Shown here: positions 33,335 through 42,803 of the stretch, one piece after another | How positions within the stretch are numbered: the stretch's first letter is position 1 | Layout of the letters: the number at the start of each line of letters is the position of its first letter | Virus record (IMG/VR): IMGVR_UViG_3300045988_075804 | Length of the DNA: 54,913 nucleotides | Origin: a virus | Direction: 5' to 3' (one strand) | Program-made: the position numbers and the translations under genes | Notes under the pieces: generated by a model | What the model saw: only the letters and a program-made list of their open reading frames with translations | Told to the model about the DNA's origin: nothing | The model's database searches: none

Positions 33335-33715
33335 ATGTTAAAAGCAAGAAAAGCAAACAGAGTTATCCGCATCCCTGATGAAAAAAAGGATGCTTATATC
33401 GCACTTGGTTACAAGATTACCGATATGAATGACAAGGTTGTGGCTGAGCCTCACAATGCGGAAAAAGAGGCTGAAACATTAAAGGCCCAGGTTACCGACC
33501 TGGAAACAAAGCTGAAAGAGGCTACTGAGTACGCAGAGAACGCCGACAAGAAGATTGAGGCTATGGAGGCGGAAAACGCAAAGCTGAAAGAACAGGTTAC
33601 CGACCTGGAGGCTAAGCTGAAAGAGGCTACTGCAAAGACCAAGGAAACCAAACAGGCAACCGGAGGTTCTGAGGCTGGCAAACAGGCTGATTCCGGTAAA
33701 CAGGCAACCAAATAA
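33335..33715 (+). CDS. Coiled-coil head-associated protein with an internal 35-aa repeat
   Basis: ATG 33335 lies after GGAGGAAAAT. QVTDLE(T/A)KLKEAT occurs twice (nt 33488-33527 and 33593-33632). Confidence 0.55.
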   Translation: MLKARKANRVIRIPDEKKDAYIALGYKITDMNDKVVAEPHNAEKEAETLKAQVTDLETKLKEATEYAENADKKIEAMEAENAKLKEQVTDLEAKLKEATAKTKETKQATGGSEAGKQADSGKQATK

Positions 33716-33733
33716 TAGGGAGAGTGATTTAAG

Positions 33734-34138
33734 ATGCTCCAAGAGGCTATAACAAGTCCATACGTGGACTACAACTACTACTCTGAAACATACGGCGGTA
33801 ATAAAATACCACAGGACAGCTTCGATGCGTGTGAAAAACGTGCCGAGGCTGTTTTGCATAGAATCTCTTTTGACAGGGTTAAGAGGCTCCCTGAAATCCC
33901 GGATATGGTAAAGGATGCTATCTGTGCGATGGCTGAAATTGATTACCAGGAGGAGAAAAAAACGCCTGGAGTTAAGTCGGAAAATTCAGATGGGTACGCT
34001 GTCACCTACGCAGATTCCGGAAATACAACCGGAGCATCTGGCAGAGTGGCTTTAATGTATCAAGAGGCCAGCATTTACCTGGGAAATACCGGCTTATTAT
34101 ACAAAGGAGTATCGAGAAAGTATGATCGTGAACAGTGA
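33734..34138 (+). CDS. Head-tail connector (gp6-like adaptor)
   Basis: Position and size. The N-terminus ...YVDYNYYSETYGG..IP...F is typical of such adaptors. Confidence 0.5.
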   Translation: MLQEAITSPYVDYNYYSETYGGNKIPQDSFDACEKRAEAVLHRISFDRVKRLPEIPDMVKDAICAMAEIDYQEEKKTPGVKSENSDGYAVTYADSGNTTGASGRVALMYQEASIYLGNTGLLYKGVSRKYDREQ

Positions 34139-34544
34139 CATTACCGTTTTCAATAAGCGTTATGACAGAACCGAACGCACAGAAAGGTTCTATGGTACAC
34201 AAATCAGAGGGGTTAGCTTTTATTCCAGGAAAGGTACATCATCCGGAAGCAAGGAGCTGTCGAAAAGCGATGCCTACACAATCCGGATTCCGGCAGATGC
34301 TGATACATCCGGGAAGAAATACACAGATCAGAAAGCGTATTCGGAACTGGATGATAAGGTTTTCTCCGGTTACTGGACGTTGCAGCCTGGAGCAATCATT
34401 GTCCAAGGGCTGGTTGACCTGGAGACAGCAACAGAAACGGAGCTGAGACAGTCATATCCGGAAGTGATTTTTGTTAGGAATTTTACAGACAACCGGAGCA
34501 GAGGCTCTTCGAGCATGAAGCACTGGAGAGTAGGTGGTGAGTAG
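34122..34544 (+). CDS. Head-tail joining / head closure protein
   Basis: Position in the module. 140 aa. Confidence 0.45.
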   Translation: MIVNSDITVFNKRYDRTERTERFYGTQIRGVSFYSRKGTSSGSKELSKSDAYTIRIPADADTSGKKYTDQKAYSELDDKVFSGYWTLQPGAIIVQGLVDLETATETELRQSYPEVIFVRNFTDNRSRGSSSMKHWRVGGE

Positions 34545-34933
34545 TGGCAATCACGGTGACAACACCGAGAGGGCAGATTATACGGACAACCACGAAAAGC
34601 GGAGCTGTAAAGGCAGAGCTTAGCTGGAATCCGAACTTTGCACCTCAGAAATCACAGAACTTCACAAGGGCTCAGAAGTTTGTTGACAGCGAGGTACTGA
34701 GGTACTGTAGTGCCATGGTTCCTTTTCAGACCGGTATGCTGGACAAATCCGGAAAGCTGGGGACGGTAATTGGGAGCGGAAATGTTCAATACATCGCCCC
34801 ATACGCCAGAACACAGTATTATGATACGGCAACGAGCAGACCGTATGATGCAAACAGGGGAGCCAAATGGTTCGAGAGAATGAAAGTTGCCTACAAGAAA
34901 GAAATACTCTCCGGGGCAAAGAAACTCATGTAA
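34544..34933 (+). CDS. Minor capsid / tail-terminator-like protein (HK97 gp10-like)
   Basis: GTG after GGTGGTGAGTA. ...VPFQTGMLDKSG....G.G.V.Y..PYAR.QYY. Confidence 0.5.
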   Translation: MAITVTTPRGQIIRTTTKSGAVKAELSWNPNFAPQKSQNFTRAQKFVDSEVLRYCSAMVPFQTGMLDKSGKLGTVIGSGNVQYIAPYARTQYYDTATSRPYDANRGAKWFERMKVAYKKEILSGAKKLM

Positions 34934-34945
34934 CGGAGGTTTTAT

Positions 34946-35377
34946 ATGGCAAAAGCAGATTCTATTATTGATGCACTGGAGAAGTATTTCATAGGGTGCG
35001 AATTGTTGAAAGACGGGGCTTTAAGGGTTGACTACCTGGGGGAAAAGCCGGTGGAATATACCATTGAGGTCCTGCCTTGCGATCCAGTTGTAAAGAGGTA
35101 TCTCGGAGGAAGTACCGTCCGGCAATACCTTTTCACATTCGGATCCAGGGAATTTTACAGCCAGGAACGCCTGCAGAACATCCAGAACAGTGCATTTTAT
35201 GAGCGACTTGCAGACTGGGTGGAAACCAGGAGCATGTCCGGGGTTCTCCCGGAACTTCCGGACGGAATGGAAGCTCAGCAACTCGAAGTGGTATCATCCG
35301 GGTATTTGTTTGATGGATCAATGACAAACGCCCGGTATCAGATACAGTTAAGATTATTATATTTTAAGGAGGCATGA
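34946..35377 (+). CDS. Tail completion protein
   Basis: Lies immediately upstream of the major tail gene. 143 aa. Confidence 0.45.
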   Translation: MAKADSIIDALEKYFIGCELLKDGALRVDYLGEKPVEYTIEVLPCDPVVKRYLGGSTVRQYLFTFGSREFYSQERLQNIQNSAFYERLADWVETRSMSGVLPELPDGMEAQQLEVVSSGYLFDGSMTNARYQIQLRLLYFKEA

Positions 35378-35379
35378 AC

Positions 35380-35901
35380 ATGGACACAAGCAGAAATGTT
35401 GTCAAAAGACACCAGTTTGCTGATTACCTGAACACTCAGTCGGCAGACAAACCTAACTATTGTCTCATGGGTGTAGGTTTCACATCGCTGAATGAGGAAC
35501 CTGGAGCCCAGACAGAATCCAAGAAGTACGTCAATGAAAAGGCATCGTCCAAATCCGTGACCGGATATGAGACGGTGTTCCCGTTTGAATCCGACCTGAT
35601 CCCGGAACAGGAGCCTATCCTGGCGTTGTACAATGTAGGTAGAAACCACTGCACAGGTTCCGAGGCAGAATTTGAGTATGTCAGAGTTGAACTCTGGGAG
35701 CCGGTAGCAAGCAAAGAGAACGAATTTGCAGCAAGAAAGTTTATTGTTTCCGCAGAAATCTCCGAAGTGTCTGGAGATACAGACATTCAGGTTTCCGGAA
35801 ACCTCAATGCAGTAGGCGATCCGATTGACGGTACTTTCAACACACAGACAAAGACCTTTACTGCCGCAACAGAAAGTGCGGGAGCAGGAACAGGAGTATA
35901 A
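35380..35901 (+). CDS. Major tail protein
   Basis: ATG 35380 lies 7 nt after GGAGG. 173 aa. Followed by a strong terminator and the chaperone genes. Confidence 0.65.
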   Translation: MDTSRNVVKRHQFADYLNTQSADKPNYCLMGVGFTSLNEEPGAQTESKKYVNEKASSKSVTGYETVFPFESDLIPEQEPILALYNVGRNHCTGSEAEFEYVRVELWEPVASKENEFAARKFIVSAEISEVSGDTDIQVSGNLNAVGDPIDGTFNTQTKTFTAATESAGAGTGV

Positions 35902-35904
35902 CAC

Positions 35905-35935
35905 GAGACCGCCTAAAAAAGCGGTCTTTTGTTTT
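35905..35935 (+). terminator. Intrinsic terminator after the major tail gene
   Basis: gaccgc pairs with gcggtc around loop ctaaaaaa, then TTTTGTTTT. Confidence 0.65.
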
Positions 35936-35969
35936 ATTATTAGCATTTAATCCATAGGAGGTACGATTT

Positions 35970-36389
35970 ATGAGAATAGTGGTATTAGGAAAAGAGCTGG
36001 AGTATGATTTCTTCGATGCTGATCTTCTGGAGAAGTACGAAAAAGAAAACCTCAGAGTAAAGGAAAGAATCCAGGAACCTACACAGTACGCAGGAAAGAC
36101 AACAGCTGATTCACTGAGAATCCAGTGCGGCATTGTGAATGATTTCTTCGATGAAGTCTTTGGTAAAGGAATGTCTGAGGAGCTTTTTGGTGGCAAAAAC
36201 AATATCAAAGACCACATGGAGGCTTTTGCTTCTGTGGCTGATGCTGCCATGAACTGTAACAGCGAGCTTAACGCTCTCACGGAGAAGTACAGCCCGAACA
36301 GAGCTGAACGGAGGTCGGCTGAGAAGCAGAACAGCAAGAATTTCAACAGAAACGCCGCATACCACGGTAACAAAGGCAAACACCACTAA
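35970..36389 (+). CDS. Tail assembly chaperone
   Basis: Lies between the major tail and tape measure genes. 139 aa. Confidence 0.55.
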   Translation: MRIVVLGKELEYDFFDADLLEKYEKENLRVKERIQEPTQYAGKTTADSLRIQCGIVNDFFDEVFGKGMSEELFGGKNNIKDHMEAFASVADAAMNCNSELNALTEKYSPNRAERRSAEKQNSKNFNRNAAYHGNKGKHH

Positions 36390-36988
36390 TGAACATTCTG
36401 GTTGATACCTTACCGGAGAGCGTTGCAGTATGCGGAGAGAAGTACGAGATACGTACTGACTTCCGCATAGCCATCCTGTTTGAAATGCTTATGCAGGATG
36501 CAAGCATAGACCCAAAGGATAAGGCAGCGAAAGCCCTGAATCTGTTTTTTCCGGTTATTCCTGGGAATCTCCAGGAAGCAACAAAGGCTATGCTGTGGTT
36601 TTACAAATGCGGCAAAGAGGAGAACCCACAGCGTAAGAAGCTGAGTGCAAAAAAAGGAAAGACCAGGGTTTACTCATTCGAGTATGACGATGATTATATC
36701 TATGCCGCTTTTATGACACAGTACAGCATTGACCTCCAGGACATAGAGTACATGCACTGGTGGAAATTCAGAGCCATGTTTAACTCCCTGACAAATCAGA
36801 ATGAATTTGTCAAGATCATGGAGTACCGGAGCATCGAGATAAAGAGTGACATGCCGAAAGAACAGCAGTCGTTCTACCGGAAAATGAAAAGGCTGTACGC
36901 TTTGCCGAATCCTGGAAACGAGGACGAAAAGCTGGCAGAGATCGAAAAAGCTCTCCTGAAAGGCGGAGACCTTAGAGGTGTGCTGTAG
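36389..36988 (+). CDS. Phage Gp15-like protein
   Basis: MNILVDTLPESV.V.G..YEIRTDFRIAILFE.L is the Gp15-family N-terminus. Confidence 0.6.
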   Translation: MNILVDTLPESVAVCGEKYEIRTDFRIAILFEMLMQDASIDPKDKAAKALNLFFPVIPGNLQEATKAMLWFYKCGKEENPQRKKLSAKKGKTRVYSFEYDDDYIYAAFMTQYSIDLQDIEYMHWWKFRAMFNSLTNQNEFVKIMEYRSIEIKSDMPKEQQSFYRKMKRLYALPNPGNEDEKLAEIEKALLKGGDLRGVL

Positions 36989-37028
36989 TAGGGAGGCGGT
37001 AACTATTGAGAAAATAGAAAAAAATAAA

Positions 37029-37181
37029 ATGAACCGGGTAGAGTGCCCGGACTGCAATTACAAGATGCCTATTTTCTTTTCGGATAAGGCAGAATGTACC
37101 GGAGTGATGGTTTCCTGCAAAGGGAGAAACTGTCACTCCATTTTTGAAGTAAAAATTAAACACGGAAAACAGATCAAGTAG
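37029..37181 (+). CDS. Com-like zinc-ribbon small protein (50 aa)
   Basis: ECPDCNYKM...(17)...VSCKGRNCHSIF follows the Mu Com CxxC...C.xxC layout. Track ORF trimmed to ATG 37029. Confidence 0.4.
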   Translation: MNRVECPDCNYKMPIFFSDKAECTGVMVSCKGRNCHSIFEVKIKHGKQIK

Positions 37182-37219
37182 TGCCATTATGAGCCGATGA
37201 TTTCAAGCCCGAAAGAGAG

Positions 37220-40200
37220 GTGAGAACGTTGGCTTATGATGGCACACTAAAATTTGATACAAGTATTGACAGTAAAGGCTTTCAATCCGGGATAGACGGA
37301 ATAGGAAGCATAGCCGAAAAGGGCTTAAAGGCGACAGGTGCCATCCTTGCCGGAACCGCAACTGCAATAGGAGCTATCGGTGCAGCCTCAGTAAAGGTTG
37401 GCTCTGATTTCGAGGCTTCCATGTCAAAAGTAGCGGCAATCTCAGGAGCTACGGGCGATGATCTGAAAGCATTAACCGACAAGGCAAAGGAAATGGGTGC
37501 AACTACAAAGTTCAGTGCTTCCGAATCGGCGGATGCTTTGCAGTACATGGCTATGGCTGGCTGGAAAACAGAAGATATGCTGAACGGCTTAGAGGGTATT
37601 ATGAACCTGGCAGCCGCATCCGGCGAGGACTTGGCGACCACCTCAGATATTGTTACCGATGCCTTGACGGCGTTCGGGTTATCCGCAGAGGATTCCACAC
37701 ACTTTGCGGATGTATTGGCACAGGCATCCTCTAACGCAAATACTAACGTTGGAATGATGGGAGAGACGTTCAAATACGTAGCTCCGGTAGCTGGTGCTTT
37801 AGGATATACAGCGGAAGATACAGCCCTTGCAATCGGGCTTATGGCAAACTCCGGAATTAAGGCAAGCCAGGCAGGTACTTCTTTGCGTTCCATCATGTCA
37901 CGTATGGCAAAACCGACCAAAGAGGTCCAGGGAGCCATGGACAAGCTGGGAGTATCACTAACAGACAGCAACGGCAACATGAAATCACTTAATGAAGTGA
38001 TGGGAGATCTGAGAAATGGTTTCGCTGGTCTGTCAGAGGCTGAGGCGGCAGAAATGGCAGCCGCTCTTGGCGGACAAGAAGCGATGTCCGGCCTACTTGC
38101 TATTGTAAATGCTTCCGATGATGATTTTGATAAACTGTCCGATGCTATTTATTCATGTGACGGCGCAGCAAAGAGAATGGCTGACACCATGAACGACAAC
38201 CTGCAAGGTCAGATCACAATCCTAAAATCAGGATTAGAGGGGCTTGGTATCTCTCTGTATGAGAACATGGAAGCTCCGCTGAAAGAGGTTGTAAAAGAAG
38301 CCCAGAACATGGTACAGCAACTCCAGGATGCGTTTAATAACGGCGGACTGGATGAAGTTGTTTCTACGGTCGGGGATATTTTCGCCCAGATCGTAGAGAA
38401 AGCCGCATCGGCAGCCCCGGATTTGATAGACGTAGCTTCCGACATGATCCAGTCGTTCTTGACTGGCATAAATAACAATCTACCGAATATTGCTTCTGCA
38501 GGAGTAGATATAGTAACATCCCTTGGCTCAGCCCTGATTGAAAACACAGGATTACTCTGGAGTACCGGAGTAGCGTTGCTGGCTGAGGTTCTTTCCGGAT
38601 TGGCGGACAACATGCCACAGCTGGTAGAATCAGCGAAAGATGCGTTGTCGCAATTTGGTTCCGCCCTCGTAGAATACGCTCCGTCCATCGGAGAATCGGC
38701 GGCAAAAATAGTATCATACCTGGCAAGTGCGGTCATTGAAAATCTGCCTCAGCTCATCGAGGTAGGAAAGCAGATTGTCCAGGGATTTATAACAGGAATT
38801 GAACAGGAGTTCCCAGGTCTGGGAGCTTTTTTAAGTGGATTATTTGATGGTTTCGCATCCACACTGGCACCGATAGCTCAGACTGTCGTAGATGCCCTGA
38901 GTAATATTTTCTCTGCTCTTGATGGAGCAGATCCGGAAACCATGGAGGCACTTGGCAAAGCGATCGGAACTATAGCCGCATCCATAGCAGCACTGAAAGT
39001 AGCTTCTGAGGTAGTCGGAGGAGTTAAGAGCCTCATGAGCGTACTTGGTGGTTTTGGAAAAACTGCCAGAAGTATCATAGGCATAGTACCGAAAGTGGTA
39101 GAGGGATTCCAGTTATTATCCGGAGGAGCCGGAACATTCAGTGAAGTTCTTGCCCTAGAGTTCCCGAAACTCGCCGGAATCGTAACAAAGGTAACCGGTT
39201 CATTCGGTACGCTTGTAAGCGCCATATCTGGAATATTTACAAAGATAGGTGCGGTTGTAGGTCCGGCTATTTCAAAAATAGCAAGTCTGATCGCCAGCAT
39301 AGGTCCTACCATAGCCGGAATAGGAGCCGTAATTGGCGGAGCCGTCATGGCGGTAACGAACTTCTTTGGTATGCTCAAAGACGGTTTCAGCTGGGTAAAA
39401 GAAGCTCTGATGGTGATCGGAATTGCCATAGCTGCCGTAGGTGCTGTGATTCTAGGCGCACCTGCTTTGGTAGCCGCAGTCGTAGCCGGAATCGTAGCCG
39501 CAGTCGCTACCCTGGTTGTGGCAATTAAAGACCACTGGACACAAATCGTCGATTTCTTCAAGGGAATACCTGACAAAATCGGTGAGGTAGTGGATTCTAT
39601 CGTAGCCTGGTTCCAGGAACTTCCTGGGCGAATTTCAACCTGGCTGACAAATACAATAACGGCGATTACTGAGTGGGGTTCAGAACTCTACACAAATATC
39701 ACAACTTTTGTGAGCGAAGCTATATCGGCGGTCGGAGACTGGTTTTCTCAGCTGCCTTATAAAATCGGGTACGCACTCGGTACAGCCATAGGCACGATTA
39801 TCCAGTGGGGTATCAATGTAAAAGACTGGGTAACAACCGAACTTCCAAAAATCATACAAAGCGTTGTAGACTGGTTCGCCCAACTTCCAGGAAGAATCTG
39901 GACTTGGCTCGTAGGCGTGGTAAATAATATCATCGCCTGGGGTCAGAATATGTACACCACGATAACCACGGCTGCCACAAACGCCGTTAATTCGGTTATA
40001 AACTGGTTTTCACAACTTCCGGGACGTATCTGGACTTGGCTGGTAAATACCGTCAATAACGTAATTCAGTGGGGGCAGAACTTATACTCCACAATGACCA
40101 CGGCTGCCACAAATGCAATTAACAGCGTAACGAGCTGGTTCCAGCAATTACCGGGTAAAATCTGGACTTGGCTGGTAAACACGGTAACGAAAGTCGGGCA

Positions 40201-40774
40201 GTGGGCGATCGACCTGAAGAATAAAGGTGTCGAGGCGGCTCAATCCCTCGTGAACGCCGTAATTGATGGGGTTTCTTCTTTACCAGAAAAAATGAAAGAA
40301 GTCGGAGTGAACATCGTGAACGGTGTCTGGAGCGGAATTTGCAGTGCAAAGGATAAATTCGTAAGCGATGTCAAGAGTTTCTTCTCCGGAATCGTAGACG
40401 GTGTAAAGGATGCCCTGGACATCAATTCCCCGTCAAGGGTAATGAAAAAAGAGGTAGGTCGCTGGATTCCTCCTGGTGTTGGAGAGGGCATTGAGGAAGA
40501 AATGCCCGAACTGTACGACCAGACAGACGAGGAAATGGCGAAGCTGGCGGAACACATGCAGGCGGCAGTCGATGTGGAAACCGGAAAAATAACGGTTCGC
40601 TCCAAAGCTCAGGCAGAGCATACAGCTGATACCGAGATGCCGACAGGTGGAGATACCTATATTGACGAGCATATCGAGCAGGAAAATAACTACCATACAC
40701 CGGTGGCAACGCCGAGTGAGGTATCAAAGGCTCAGAGAGAAGCAGCAAGGAAATTGTTAGGAGGTGTGAAATAG
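37220..40774 (+). CDS. Tail tape measure protein
   Basis: 1184 aa. TP901-type core (ASESADALQYMAMAGW...DIVTDALTAFG), hydrophobic Gly/Ala-rich segments and tandem repeats. Confidence 0.9.
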   Translation: MRTLAYDGTLKFDTSIDSKGFQSGIDGIGSIAEKGLKATGAILAGTATAIGAIGAASVKVGSDFEASMSKVAAISGATGDDLKALTDKAKEMGATTKFSASESADALQYMAMAGWKTEDMLNGLEGIMNLAAASGEDLATTSDIVTDALTAFGLSAEDSTHFADVLAQASSNANTNVGMMGETFKYVAPVAGALGYTAEDTALAIGLMANSGIKASQAGTSLRSIMSRMAKPTKEVQGAMDKLGVSLTDSNGNMKSLNEVMGDLRNGFAGLSEAEAAEMAAALGGQEAMSGLLAIVNASDDDFDKLSDAIYSCDGAAKRMADTMNDNLQGQITILKSGLEGLGISLYENMEAPLKEVVKEAQNMVQQLQDAFNNGGLDEVVSTVGDIFAQIVEKAASAAPDLIDVASDMIQSFLTGINNNLPNIASAGVDIVTSLGSALIENTGLLWSTGVALLAEVLSGLADNMPQLVESAKDALSQFGSALVEYAPSIGESAAKIVSYLASAVIENLPQLIEVGKQIVQGFITGIEQEFPGLGAFLSGLFDGFASTLAPIAQTVVDALSNIFSALDGADPETMEALGKAIGTIAASIAALKVASEVVGGVKSLMSVLGGFGKTARSIIGIVPKVVEGFQLLSGGAGTFSEVLALEFPKLAGIVTKVTGSFGTLVSAISGIFTKIGAVVGPAISKIASLIASIGPTIAGIGAVIGGAVMAVTNFFGMLKDGFSWVKEALMVIGIAIAAVGAVILGAPALVAAVVAGIVAAVATLVVAIKDHWTQIVDFFKGIPDKIGEVVDSIVAWFQELPGRISTWLTNTITAITEWGSELYTNITTFVSEAISAVGDWFSQLPYKIGYALGTAIGTIIQWGINVKDWVTTELPKIIQSVVDWFAQLPGRIWTWLVGVVNNIIAWGQNMYTTITTAATNAVNSVINWFSQLPGRIWTWLVNTVNNVIQWGQNLYSTMTTAATNAINSVTSWFQQLPGKIWTWLVNTVTKVGQWAIDLKNKGVEAAQSLVNAVIDGVSSLPEKMKEVGVNIVNGVWSGICSAKDKFVSDVKSFFSGIVDGVKDALDINSPSRVMKKEVGRWIPPGVGEGIEEEMPELYDQTDEEMAKLAEHMQAAVDVETGKITVRSKAQAEHTADTEMPTGGDTYIDEHIEQENNYHTPVATPSEVSKAQREAARKLLGGVK
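39608..40267 (+). repeat. Five tandem 132-nt (44-aa) repeats inside the tape measure gene
   Basis: WF(S/A/Q)QLPG(R/K)IWTWLV... units start at 39608, 39740, 39872, 40004 and 40136. Confidence 0.85.
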
Positions 40775-41706
40775 TGGCAAATTATATAGACTTTACTCTC
40801 GAATGTAACGGAATGGCTCTTACTTTTGGTAAGTCCGGATCCGGAGAGAAAAGAGAGTTCGGTATAACCAAAATTACCGGTCTGGAAGCATCAGAGCTTG
40901 AAATCAGCACCACAGACAACGCACTTGTTGACGGTTCCTCAGTGGATGGAAAGCGTATAAAAAAACGCCCCATCCACATAGAGGCAACTCTGAGAGACGA
41001 CCGGAATAACGAGACAAACCGGCAGCGGATTATTAAGTTTTTCAATCCAAAATACACCGGGAAAATGACAATAGACCATAGCGGCACAAAAAGAAATATC
41101 GAGTACGAACTGGAGGGCTGGGATTTCGTTGCAAAAAGTAACGTATTTAACCAGCTCTCTATCGTTGTAGATCTCATGTGCCCGGATCCGATGATGAAAA
41201 ATATTGACAACTTCGGCCAGAACATGGCGAACATCAGTAAATTGATAGCTTTCCCGTGGCGGTGCCTGAAGAAGAAAGTAGTAGTTCCGGATCCATACAA
41301 AGGACTGTGCCTCGGTGGGAACATTACCGGGTATAGAACGCTTTCAAAAGAGGTTCTGCTTCCGAATGATGGACACGTGCCGACCGGATTGCAGATACAA
41401 TTTATTGCCGAAAGAGGCCCGGTCACAAACCCTAAAATTACGCTGGTACGGACAAAGAGTGGGGAAAACGGCAAGTTTATGAGAGTTAAGGTAGCCATGA
41501 ACCAGGGAGACATTCTTCTGGTTGATACGAACACCAGACACCAGGTTATTGAGCTGAATGGCGTAAACGTATACCAGAAAATCGACAGATTATCAACGCC
41601 GTTCCTGCTTGAAGTAGGAAATAACTATCTGGAGTACGATGCTGATGAAAACTACACAAACCTGGACGTTAAGCTGTTCTATACTCCGTTCTATCTGGGG
41701 GTGTGA
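40774..41706 (+). CDS. Distal tail protein (Dit-like)
   Basis: GTG after TAGGAGGTGTGAAATA. Lies directly after the tape measure gene. 310 aa. Confidence 0.6.
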   Translation: MANYIDFTLECNGMALTFGKSGSGEKREFGITKITGLEASELEISTTDNALVDGSSVDGKRIKKRPIHIEATLRDDRNNETNRQRIIKFFNPKYTGKMTIDHSGTKRNIEYELEGWDFVAKSNVFNQLSIVVDLMCPDPMMKNIDNFGQNMANISKLIAFPWRCLKKKVVVPDPYKGLCLGGNITGYRTLSKEVLLPNDGHVPTGLQIQFIAERGPVTNPKITLVRTKSGENGKFMRVKVAMNQGDILLVDTNTRHQVIELNGVNVYQKIDRLSTPFLLEVGNNYLEYDADENYTNLDVKLFYTPFYLGV

Positions 41707-41708
41707 TT

Positions 41709-42800
41709 ATGCAACTTATTGTTTTGGACAAAGATTTTGAAACCCTGGGTAGCATACCTCTTTTCCGGACATTGATCTGGGCGAGACGGTATGAAAAGCT
41801 GGGGTGTTTTGAACTTTATACGTCAAAAGATTATTTTCCACTTCTGAACGCAGGACAATATCTGTACCGGAACGATGCAAAGGAGCTGGGCGTGATTGAT
41901 GAAGTAAATTACTCCCAGGATGAAAACGGAGCCAGGGAAGCCTATGCAAAAGGCAATTTCGCAGAAAAGCTCCTGACAGACAGAGTAATAGCCGGAACAA
42001 TAACCCTAAGCGGAAACGTTGAGGAAGCCATGAGGAGGCTTGCTGATACTTCGGCTATAAATCCTACCGATGCAGACAGAAAAGTGGCTCATTTGAAGCT
42101 GGGAAGCCTCACAGGCATATCCGGGAATATCAATATGCAGGCTACCGGGGACAACGTAAGCGAGAAGCTGTATGAAATAGGCAACACAAAGGAAATTAGC
42201 CACAGGATAAGGTACGATTTCCTAACGAATGACCTCGCATTTGAGGTATGGCAAGGCGTTGACAGGAGAGATAGCCAGGAGGAAAACAGCTGGGCTATCT
42301 TTTCCAACTCTTTCTACAATATCCGGAATGTGGTTTACAACCGCAACAGCAGCTCTTACAAGAATTTCGCCTATGTTGCCGGAGCCGGGGAGGGTTCCGA
42401 CCGGATCATTATCACGGTAGATGCCAGGTTGCCCGGAGAAGAAAGAAAAGAAATCTGGGTTGATGCTAGGGATTTGCAGCAAAAGGACGAGGACGGTAAC
42501 GAGATTCCTCTGGAGACCTACAAGCAGCAACTCGACCAGAGGGGCAGAGAAAAACTGGCAGAGTACCGGATGGTAGAGACCATAAACAGTGGTGTAGATT
42601 ACCAGGCGAACCTTGTCTATAAAAAGGATTTTGACCTGGGAGACTACTGCACCTATATAAACACAGAAGTCAATATTGCAACGGATAAACGTATCACGGA
42701 GGTAATGGAGACTTACGAGGGAGCGGCTACTGAGTTGGCTGTGACCTTTGGAACTGATGAAGTATCAACAGTACAACAGCTTATCAAAAGGGAGGTGTAA
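41709..42800 (+). CDS. Siphovirus Gp37-like tail protein
   Basis: The N-terminus LIVLDKDFE.LG.I....LIW.RRY...G.FEL matches ReqiPepy6 Gp37-like proteins. Alternative GTG start at 41703. Confidence 0.55.
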   Translation: MQLIVLDKDFETLGSIPLFRTLIWARRYEKLGCFELYTSKDYFPLLNAGQYLYRNDAKELGVIDEVNYSQDENGAREAYAKGNFAEKLLTDRVIAGTITLSGNVEEAMRRLADTSAINPTDADRKVAHLKLGSLTGISGNINMQATGDNVSEKLYEIGNTKEISHRIRYDFLTNDLAFEVWQGVDRRDSQEENSWAIFSNSFYNIRNVVYNRNSSSYKNFAYVAGAGEGSDRIIITVDARLPGEERKEIWVDARDLQQKDEDGNEIPLETYKQQLDQRGREKLAEYRMVETINSGVDYQANLVYKKDFDLGDYCTYINTEVNIATDKRITEVMETYEGAATELAVTFGTDEVSTVQQLIKREV

Positions 42801-42803
42801 AGA

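Noticed and set aside
33488-33632. 40-nt direct repeat, present twice and 105 nt apart
   Set aside because: It lies inside a coiled-coil ORF and simply encodes a duplicated 35-aa heptad segment. It is not a regulatory repeat.
37282-39576. Several 175-232-aa minus-strand ORFs inside the tape measure gene. Similar antisense ORFs occur at 6378-7040, 20550-21143, 35338-35946 and 50032-50733.
   Set aside because: All are antisense to motif-supported + strand genes, lack an RBS and have Ser/Pro/Ala- or Cys-rich nonsense composition.
39608-40267. Regular 132-nt tandem repeats, briefly considered as a repeat array or CRISPR-like structure
   Set aside because: The repeats are contiguous with no spacers. 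They are in frame and encode 44-aa WFxQLPGxIWTWL units of the tape measure protein.
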